This document shows positions 15,198 to 20,704 of a stretch of DNA of 20,704 nucleotides, one piece after another. Position 1 is the first letter of the stretch. Each line of letters starts with the position of its first letter. Where the stretch lies: contig DAOPNM010000010.1 of the NCBI GenBank assembly GCA_035357435.1, forward strand, positions 1 through 20,704. Direction: 5' to 3'. The notes beneath the pieces were generated by a model. The model was not told where the DNA came from and ran no database searches. It saw only the letters and a list, made by a program, of their open reading frames with translations. Source of the DNA: an archaeon. Its GTDB lineage: Archaea; Iainarchaeota; Iainarchaeia; Iainarchaeales; CSSED10-239. The translations under genes and the position numbers were made by a program.

Positions 15198-15665
15198 ATG
15201 AAACTAAATAAATTAAAAGAAACTGCTGCAGATATTTTGAAAACAGGCAAATATAATGTTAAAGTGAATAAGGATCAATATTTAAAAAATAAAGAACTTG
15301 TTGATAAAGCAATAACTAAAGAAGATGTTAGAGCAATAATTAAAGCAGGTGTTGTTTCTAAGAAACCAATTTCTGGCCAATCAAGAGGAAGAGCTAAAAA
15401 GCTTCTTAAACAAAAAAAGTTAAAAAGAAGGAGAGGCCCAGGAAAAAGAAAAGGAAAGCAGAATGCAAGAATTAAAGATAATGTTTATAATCAAAAAGTT
15501 AGGGCATTAAGAAAAAAATTAAATGAATTAAAGAAAGAAAATAAATTACAAGATAAAAATTATCATAAATTGTATATGATGATAAAAGGGAATTATTTTA
15601 AAAATAAAAAACATTTAGAGGAATATGTAAACACACCATTGACACCAAATGAGGAGAAATTATGA
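15198..15665 (+). CDS. rpl19e: 50S ribosomal protein L19e (eL19)
   Basis: 155 aa with SRGRAKKLLKQKKLKRRRGPGKRKGKQNAR, in the canonical position. Confidence 0.94.
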   Translation: MKLNKLKETAADILKTGKYNVKVNKDQYLKNKELVDKAITKEDVRAIIKAGVVSKKPISGQSRGRAKKLLKQKKLKRRRGPGKRKGKQNARIKDNVYNQKVRALRKKLNELKKENKLQDKNYHKLYMMIKGNYFKNKKHLEEYVNTPLTPNEEKL

Positions 15666-16183
15666 AATCAAAAAGTGGCCCAAGATATAATGCTCCATTA
15701 AAAAGAAAAAAAGAACAAAAAACAAATTATGTTAAAAGATTGGCAATTTTGAAATCAGGTTTGCCAAGATTTGTTTTAAGAGTAACAAATAAATTAGTTA
15801 TTGCTCAAATTGTTACTTATAAAAAGGAAGGAGATGTTACTTTGTTATCTGTAACTTCAAATGATCTTAAGAAAAAATATGGTTGGAATTATAATTTAAA
15901 AAACACACCTTCTGTTTATTTAACATCTCTTCTTTTAGCTAAACAAGCAAAAAAGAAAGAGATTACCAAAGTTGTTTTTGACTTAGGTTTAAAAAGTTGT
16001 AAGAAAGGTTCAAAGATGTTTGCTGCTCTTCAAGCAATTAAAGATGCAGGTCTTGAATGCTCTTTTAACGAGGAAGCGTTGCCTTCTATTGATAGAATAC
16101 AAGGAAAGCATATTTCTGAATATTTAAAAAATAACATATTGAATGATTTTAAAGCTGTTAAAGAAAAAATTATGAGAGAATAA
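15662..16183 (+). CDS. rpl18: 50S ribosomal protein L18 (uL18)
   Basis: 173 aa with KTNYVKRLAILKSGLPRFVLRVTNKLVIAQIV. Its start overlaps the rpl19e stop as ATGA. Confidence 0.94.
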   Translation: MKSKSGPRYNAPLKRKKEQKTNYVKRLAILKSGLPRFVLRVTNKLVIAQIVTYKKEGDVTLLSVTSNDLKKKYGWNYNLKNTPSVYLTSLLLAKQAKKKEITKVVFDLGLKSCKKGSKMFAALQAIKDAGLECSFNEEALPSIDRIQGKHISEYLKNNILNDFKAVKEKIMRE

Positions 16184-16185
16184 TT

Positions 16186-17070
16186 ATGTTGGCAGAAAAA
16201 TTTGCAAGAGAAAAAGAAGAAAGATTAAGAAGAAATAAATTTCAAAGAAGATGGTATGATAGAGAATATCAAAAAGAAGAACAAAATATTATTAATGATG
16301 TAGAGGTAAAGAAAAAACAATATTCCTCAGAAAGATCATTAAATCCTCCATTTGATAGAGATGCATGGATTCCAAAAACAGAATTAGGGCGAAAAGTTAA
16401 ATCTGGAGAGATCTCTACATTGGATGAAGCATTAAAAGGAGGGCAACTTCTTGAACCAGAGATTATAGATTTTTTATTGCCAGAACCACTAATAAAAGTT
16501 GTTGATGTAAAAAAGACAACAAGAATTACAAGGGCTGGTAGAAATTATTCTTTTAGAGTTAGTGCTATTGTTGGTGACGGGAATGGGCACATAGGAATTG
16601 GATCAGGAAAAGCTATAGAAAAATTAACAGCTCAAGAAAAAGCAATTCAAAATGCAAAATTAAATATGATTTATGTAAAAAGAGGTTGTGGAAGTTGGGA
16701 ATGTAACTGTAGTGTTGAGCATTCAATACCATATAAAGTTGTAGGAAAATGTGCATCATTAAGAGTTGAATTAATTCCTGCACCAAGAGGTTTAGGATTA
16801 GCTGCAAGTAACACAATTAAACCAGTTTTTCAATTAGTAGGTATTCAAGATATTTGGTCAAAGACAATGGGTGCAACAGATACAGACCTTAATTTTATAA
16901 TTGCAACCATTGATGCTTTACATAATTTATCTAAAACTAAATTTCAAAAATATATTGACGATGAGCAATCAAAAAATGTAGATAAAACAAAACATGTTCT
17001 CCAAGATTCTTCTGAAAAAACAGCAAAAGAAAGTTCTATAAAAGAAAAGAATGAAAAATTAAAAAAATAA
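16186..17070 (+). CDS. rps5: 30S ribosomal protein S5 (uS5) with N- and C-terminal charged extensions
   Basis: 294 aa with WIPKTELGRKVKSGEI, TRITRAGRNYSFRVSAIVGDGNGHIGIGSGKA, RGCGSWECNC..HSIPYKVVGKCAS and APRGLGLAAS. About 60 aa precede the conserved WxPKT block, and about 39 K/E/S-rich aa follow the conserved core. Confidence 0.95.
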   Translation: MLAEKFAREKEERLRRNKFQRRWYDREYQKEEQNIINDVEVKKKQYSSERSLNPPFDRDAWIPKTELGRKVKSGEISTLDEALKGGQLLEPEIIDFLLPEPLIKVVDVKKTTRITRAGRNYSFRVSAIVGDGNGHIGIGSGKAIEKLTAQEKAIQNAKLNMIYVKRGCGSWECNCSVEHSIPYKVVGKCASLRVELIPAPRGLGLAASNTIKPVFQLVGIQDIWSKTMGATDTDLNFIIATIDALHNLSKTKFQKYIDDEQSKNVDKTKHVLQDSSEKTAKESSIKEKNEKLKK

Positions 17071-17083
17071 ATGACGATTATAT

Positions 17084-17542
17084 ATGTATGCAATTGTAAA
17101 AGTTAGAGGAAATATTGGTGTCAGAAATGACGTTATTCATAATTTGAAGTTATTAAATTTAACAAGAGTTAACCATTGTGTATTGTTTCAAGAAACAGAA
17201 AAGATTAAAGGCATGTTAAAAAAAGGCAAGGATTATATTACATGGGGTGAAATTTCTAAAGAAACCTTACAAAAACTATTATATAAAAGAGGGAAAGTTT
17301 ATAAAGATAAAAAATTAGTTGATTTTAAAGATGTTTATGATTTAAAGAAAACACAAGAGATTTCAACTCAATTGTTAGAAGGAAAAGTGAAGCTTAAAGA
17401 TTTGAATATAAAACCAGTTTTTAGATTAAAACCACCATCTAAAGGTTATGAAAGAAAAGGTGTGAAAAAAACATTTAAACAAGGTGGTGCATTAGGTTAT
17501 CGTGGAGATAAAATAAATAATTTGTTAATTAAAATGATTTAA
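17084..17542 (+). CDS. rpl30: 50S ribosomal protein L30 (uL30)
   Basis: 152 aa with MYAIVKVRGNIGVRNDVIHNLKLLNLTRVNHCVL, in the canonical position after S5. Confidence 0.94.
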   Translation: MYAIVKVRGNIGVRNDVIHNLKLLNLTRVNHCVLFQETEKIKGMLKKGKDYITWGEISKETLQKLLYKRGKVYKDKKLVDFKDVYDLKKTQEISTQLLEGKVKLKDLNIKPVFRLKPPSKGYERKGVKKTFKQGGALGYRGDKINNLLIKMI

Positions 17543-17572
17543 TTTTGTTTAAAAAATATGTGTGTGATAAAA

Positions 17573-17887
17573 ATGCCAATAGAAAAGCCAAAAAAATATA
17601 AAGAACTTAATAAAATAGAAAAAGATAGATATACTTTAAAATTGGAGAAGCTTAATAAAACAAAAATTCCAGAAATAGAAAAATATATAAGAAAAATTAC
17701 ATCTCCTAAAAGTACATATAATAAAGAGTGGGCTAAATGGATTGCTAAAGAGCTTAGCACTATTATAGATAGTTTGGCTTATGTAAATGAAAGAAAAAAG
17801 TCAGCTGTTTTAAATAAACTTGTTAAATTTATTGAAACAGAAGATGTAAAAGCATTGGTGGAAGCAAAAAAAGAGCTTAAGAAATAG
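17573..17887 (+). CDS. Orphan basic helical protein (104 aa) inserted between rpl30 and rpl15
   Basis: The ORF fills the L30-L15 gap and is co-directional with the cluster. A GTGAT SD at 17564-17568 precedes ATG 17573 (the track starts at the upstream in-frame ATG 17558). By hand count it has about 25 Lys against about 18 acidic residues. I recognise no family. Confidence 0.6.
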   Translation: MPIEKPKKYKELNKIEKDRYTLKLEKLNKTKIPEIEKYIRKITSPKSTYNKEWAKWIAKELSTIIDSLAYVNERKKSAVLNKLVKFIETEDVKALVEAKKELKK

Positions 17888-17892
17888 ACTTG

Positions 17893-17906
17893 TTTTTTAA
17901 AAATTA
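17893..17906 (+). promoter_or_regulatory. T6 run fused to an A/T box (TTTTTTAAAAATTA): candidate terminator/internal promoter ahead of rpl15
   Basis: It starts 6 nt after the orphan ORF stop and is centred about 23 nt upstream of the rpl15 ATG (17922). Unlike most genes here, rpl15 has no SD. Confidence 0.3.
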
Positions 17907-17921
17907 TTAAAAAGATTTATA

Positions 17922-18293
17922 ATGAGTAAAAGAAAAATTGATAGATTAAGAGGCCAAAGGACACATGGCAGAGGAAATACCAAAAATGGAAGAGGTGGTG
18001 GATGTAAAGGCGGCAAAGGAAGAGCTGGTGCCTTTAAACATAAAAGATTTACTTTTTATGAAGTAACGTCTCAACCAAAAAAAAGATTACATCCTAAACC
18101 AAAACAAAAAGCAATAACTTTAGATCAATTAAATTTTTTAATTGTTGATAAAAAAGAAATTGATTTAAAAGAAATAGGCTATGATAAAATTTTAGGTTCA
18201 GGAAATTTAACAAAACCAGTTGTTATAAAAAATGCAATTGTAACTCAAAAAGCTAAACAGAAAATTGAAGCTGCTGGAGGGAAGATAGAATGA
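17922..18293 (+). CDS. rpl15: 50S ribosomal protein L15 (uL15), short form
   Basis: 123 aa. RLRGQRTHGRGNTKNGRGGGCKGGKGRAGAFKHK is the uL15 N-terminal signature. The gene lies immediately upstream of secY. Confidence 0.94.
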   Translation: MSKRKIDRLRGQRTHGRGNTKNGRGGGCKGGKGRAGAFKHKRFTFYEVTSQPKKRLHPKPKQKAITLDQLNFLIVDKKEIDLKEIGYDKILGSGNLTKPVVIKNAIVTQKAKQKIEAAGGKIE

Positions 18294-19627
18294 GTTTTTA
18301 CTCAGTTTTACAAAGAATATTACCTTCTGTAAAAGATCCTGTTAAAGTTCCCCCTGTTAAAAAAAAATTAATATGGACTGGAATAGTTTTAGTACTTTTT
18401 TTTATTCTTGGAACTATCCCTTTACTTGGTTTAAGTCCAGCTGCTTTGCAACAATTAACTTTTTATCAAATGGTTACTGCTAGTAATATTGGTACCTTAA
18501 TAAGTTTAGGTATTGGTCCAATTGTTTTAGCTTCTATTATTTTACAATTACTTGTTGGTGTTAAAATTATAAATCTTAATTTTTCTAACACAGAAGATAG
18601 AGCTAAGTTTTCTTTATTACAAAAATTTTGTGCAATTATTTTATCTATTGTTGAAGCAATTGTAATGGTCACAATTGGATGGTTACAACCTTTGCCAGGT
18701 ATGTGGTTTCCATTAGTTTTACAAGTTACATTTGGTTCTATAATTTTACTTTATTTAGATGAAGTTGTAAGTAAATATGGAATTGGTTCAGGTATTGGGT
18801 TGTTCATTGCAGCTGGTGTTTCACAAGAGATCTTATGGAGAATCTTTGCAATTCCTTCTGCAACATATGGAGGAGGATTGTTATTTACAGGGATTAACTA
18901 TTTAAAAGCAGGAGAGATGATTTCATTTTTGTCACAAGTGTTGTTGCCAATTGCAATAACTATTGGTTTGTTTTTCTTAATAGTTTATTTAGAGGGAGTA
19001 CATGTAAATATTCCATTGACTATTGGAAGAAGTGGAATGGGTGCAAAATATCCTGTTAAATTATTATATGTTTCAAATATGCCTGTTATTTTAACTACAA
19101 CTTTATTTGCAAATATAGGTATGTTTGCTCAGCTTGCGAAAACGGGGAAGATTGCAGAAATAATGGGGGCCGTAAGTAAGGTTATAACTCCTCAATATAA
19201 TCTTATACAAAATACTATTTTAGGTAGTGCAACAGGTACTATGTGGTTATATGCATTAATATATATGGTTTTGTTTGTAGGGTTGTGCGTAATATTTGGA
19301 AAGTTTTGGATACAAGTTGGTGGTCAAGGTCCAGAAAATGTAGCAAAACAATTACAAAGTTCTGGTATGTCTATACCTGGTTTTAGAAGAGATGAAAGAG
19401 TTTTAACTTCTGTTTTACAAAGATATATTCCAGTAATCACGGTTTTAGGTTCTATATTTGTTGGACTTTTGGCATTTGCTTCTGATTTAGTTGGTGCAAT
19501 AGGTGGCGGTATTGGTATTTTATTAACTGTAGGTATTATCTATAGATTATATGAGCAATTGGCAAGAGAACAAGTTTTTGAATCAAGTTCTTTTTTAAAG
19601 AAGTTTGTAGGAAAAGGAGGACAATAA
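18290..19627 (+). CDS. secY: Protein translocase subunit SecY (Sec61 alpha)
   Basis: 445 aa with about 10 hydrophobic segments. GIGPIVLASIILQLLVG (TM2 region), YVSNMPVILTT and the cytosolic loop GFRRDE match. Its start overlaps the rpl15 stop as ATGA. Confidence 0.96.
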   Translation: MSFYSVLQRILPSVKDPVKVPPVKKKLIWTGIVLVLFFILGTIPLLGLSPAALQQLTFYQMVTASNIGTLISLGIGPIVLASIILQLLVGVKIINLNFSNTEDRAKFSLLQKFCAIILSIVEAIVMVTIGWLQPLPGMWFPLVLQVTFGSIILLYLDEVVSKYGIGSGIGLFIAAGVSQEILWRIFAIPSATYGGGLLFTGINYLKAGEMISFLSQVLLPIAITIGLFFLIVYLEGVHVNIPLTIGRSGMGAKYPVKLLYVSNMPVILTTTLFANIGMFAQLAKTGKIAEIMGAVSKVITPQYNLIQNTILGSATGTMWLYALIYMVLFVGLCVIFGKFWIQVGGQGPENVAKQLQSSGMSIPGFRRDERVLTSVLQRYIPVITVLGSIFVGLLAFASDLVGAIGGGIGILLTVGIIYRLYEQLAREQVFESSSFLKKFVGKGGQ

Positions 19628-19628
19628 A

Positions 19629-20096
19629 ATGTTTGAAGCACCATTAATTTCTCCATGGATAGACATGATTCTTTTAGCATTATTGTTTGGTATATTAAAT
19701 AAATTAATACAACATTGGACAACAAATCCAAAAGAATATTTTGAATTAAAAAAAAGAAGTCAAGATATAAATAAAGAGGTAAGAAAACTTTCAAAAGAAC
19801 AAAAATTTGAAGAAATAAAAGTTCTTCAAAAAGAAGCAATGAGTATTGCAAATAAGCAAATGAAAATGAGTTTAATGAATATAAAATATATGTTATTAAT
19901 GTTGTTAATTGCATTTCCAATATTATGGGTAATTAGTGAATTTTATATGGAAATTAAATATAATTTTTTGTTATTTACAGTAAATGGATTATGGGCATAT
20001 ATTATTTTAGGGATAATTATTTCTTTGATAATTAGTCCAATCTATGATAAAATGTTAATGAAAAAATATATTCCCCAAACAACTGAAACAAAATAG
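19629..20096 (+). CDS. DUF106 / EMC3-TMCO1-YidC-like membrane protein (archaeal Oxa1-superfamily insertase candidate)
   Basis: 155 aa. The layout is an N-terminal TM (WIDMILLALLFGIL), a charged coiled-coil (ELKKRSQDINKEVRKL...LQKEAMSIANKQMKMSLMN), then 2 TMs. This is the DUF106 layout found downstream of secY in archaea (the Mj0480 type). An AGGAGG SD is present and the gap after secY is 1 nt. Confidence 0.7.
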   Translation: MFEAPLISPWIDMILLALLFGILNKLIQHWTTNPKEYFELKKRSQDINKEVRKLSKEQKFEEIKVLQKEAMSIANKQMKMSLMNIKYMLLMLLIAFPILWVISEFYMEIKYNFLLFTVNGLWAYIILGIIISLIISPIYDKMLMKKYIPQTTETK

Positions 20097-20106
20097 GTGA
20101 ATGAAT

Positions 20107-20448
20107 ATGCCAAAACCAAAAGATAGATTTGACAAACATAAAATGGTAAAAACGCCTGGTGGAAAGCAGGTAAGAAAAGTTAAATTAAAAAAACCTGGAA
20201 AGCACAAATGTGCAATTTCTGGGAAAATATTACAAGGTGTGCCTCATGGTCTTAGGCCACATGAAGTGCATAATTTGAAAAAAAGTGAAAGACGACCAGG
20301 AAATCCATTAGCTTCAATGATTGAACCAAAAACAAGAAAGGAAATATATTTAGAGGCAGTAATGTTGAAATATAATATTATTTCACAACAAGATATTGAT
20401 TTATCACATAAAAAATATATTGATATGATTTTAAAAAAGATCGAATAA
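20107..20448 (+). CDS. rpl34e: 50S ribosomal protein L34e (eL34)
   Basis: MPKPKDRFDKHKMVKTPGGKQVRKVKLKKPGKHKCAISGKILQGVP matches eL34. I place the start at ATG 20107 because the GGTGA SD (20096-20100) abuts the upstream ATG 20101 but lies 6 nt from 20107. Confidence 0.9.
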   Translation: MPKPKDRFDKHKMVKTPGGKQVRKVKLKKPGKHKCAISGKILQGVPHGLRPHEVHNLKKSERRPGNPLASMIEPKTRKEIYLEAVMLKYNIISQQDIDLSHKKYIDMILKKIE

Positions 20449-20510
20449 TTATTATATAGTAATCATCATATATTAGTTATAAGATTAAAAAATAAAAATG
20501 TGTGGGAATT

Positions 20511-20672
20511 ATGGGTATTTTAAAACCAGGGCAGAAAATAATTATTATGCAAGGAAGAGATTTTGGAAAAAAAGTAGTTATTTCTAAAATTGAAAATAAT
20601 TTTGTATATTATAAAATAAATAATAAAGAACAAAAAATTAACATATTGCATGTTTTTCCTATTAATGAATGA
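20511..20672 (+). CDS. rpl14e: 50S ribosomal protein L14e (eL14), truncated 53-aa form (not in the ORF track)
   Basis: Hand translation gives MGILKPGQKIIIMQGRDFGKKVVISKIENNFVYYKINNKEQKINILHVFPINE*. The KOW-like GQKIIIMQGRDFGKKVVI, ENNFV and NILHVFP align with Sulfolobus L14e as I recall it (GRICVKVKGREAGSKCVIV..DDNFVLV...VNILHLEPT). It sits in the canonical slot after L34e. Confidence 0.75.
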   Translation: MGILKPGQKIIIMQGRDFGKKVVISKIENNFVYYKINNKEQKINILHVFPINE

Positions 20673-20704
20673 TTTTTTAAAAATAATAAATGTGTGAAAA
20701 AATG

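Noticed and set aside
5995-16816. Short minus-strand track ORFs inside r-protein genes (5995-6219, 6389-6625, 8202-8420, 8474-8677, 9272-9520, 12220-12441, 14152-14352, 14624-14875, 16613-16816)
   Set aside because: All are antisense to strongly conserved ribosomal protein genes in a uniformly plus-strand operon. None has recognisable motifs. Long antisense ORFs are expected in AT-rich, stop-poor antisense frames.
17539-17760. 73-aa hydrophobic minus-strand ORF antisense to the orphan L30-L15 insert
   Set aside because: I considered it as the real gene because the plus-strand ORF has no homology support. However, it runs against the operon, overlaps the rpl30 stop, has no SD, and its hydrophobicity is the mirror image of a Lys-rich sense strand. 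The plus-strand ORF is longer, has a correctly spaced GTGAT SD and fills the gap exactly.
18466-19920. Minus-strand track ORFs 18466-18672 and 19540-19920
   Set aside because: They are antisense to secY and the DUF106 gene respectively, and both of those sense frames have clear family features.
1-20704. Alternative genetic code (for example TGA recoding), as seen in some tiny genomes
   Set aside because: TGA terminates L29, S17, L14, L5, L19e and L15 exactly at their conserved C-termini, often as ATGA overlaps with the next start, and Trp is encoded by TGG. The standard code fits all conserved proteins.
20702-20704. ATG at the very end of the window preceded by GTGA (possible start of the next gene)
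   Set aside because: Only the start codon is visible, so no coding evidence can be evaluated.

Overview
This is a strongly AT-rich archaeal window (by eye about 70-75% A+T, not computed) that is densely coding. Roughly three quarters of it (5867-20672, all on the + strand) is the canonical archaeal ribosomal-protein supercluster in textbook order: L3-L4-L23-L2-S19-L22-S3-L29-aIF1(SUI1)-RNase P Rpp29-S17-L14-L24-S4e-L5-S14-S8-L6-L32e-L19e-L18-S5-L30-[orphan ORF]-L15-SecY-DUF106/YidC-like insertase-L34e-L14e. Most of these genes carry GGTGA/GAGG-type Shine-Dalgarno motifs, and several have ATGA start/stop overlaps. TGA ends conserved proteins at their expected termini, so the standard genetic code applies. 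There are three departures from the canonical cluster. A basic 104-aa orphan ORF sits between L30 and L15 and is followed by a T-run and an A/T-box break. The adk and cmk genes that I recall normally flanking the DUF106 and L34e genes are absent. Several proteins are unusually small (Rpp29, L14e, L15) or carry Lys/Glu-rich extensions (uS3, uS5). The left quarter (1-5633) is the accessory part. It holds a partial Cgi121-like gene running off the left edge (minus strand, not in the ORF track), rps8e, a miniature exosortase/archaeosortase-like membrane protein and a MarC-family membrane protein. It also holds a coiled-coil protein, a secreted protein that is about one third tyrosine, and an 803-aa sequon-rich multi-domain surface protein with a C-terminal helix plus basic cluster. 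I read 923-5633 as a candidate cell-envelope sorting and surface module with a sorting signal that has not been described. That reading is hypothesis, not demonstration. I found no rRNA, tRNA, CRISPR array or mobile element. The gene content, the small proteins and the base composition suggest a small-genome (DPANN-like) archaeon, by inference only.
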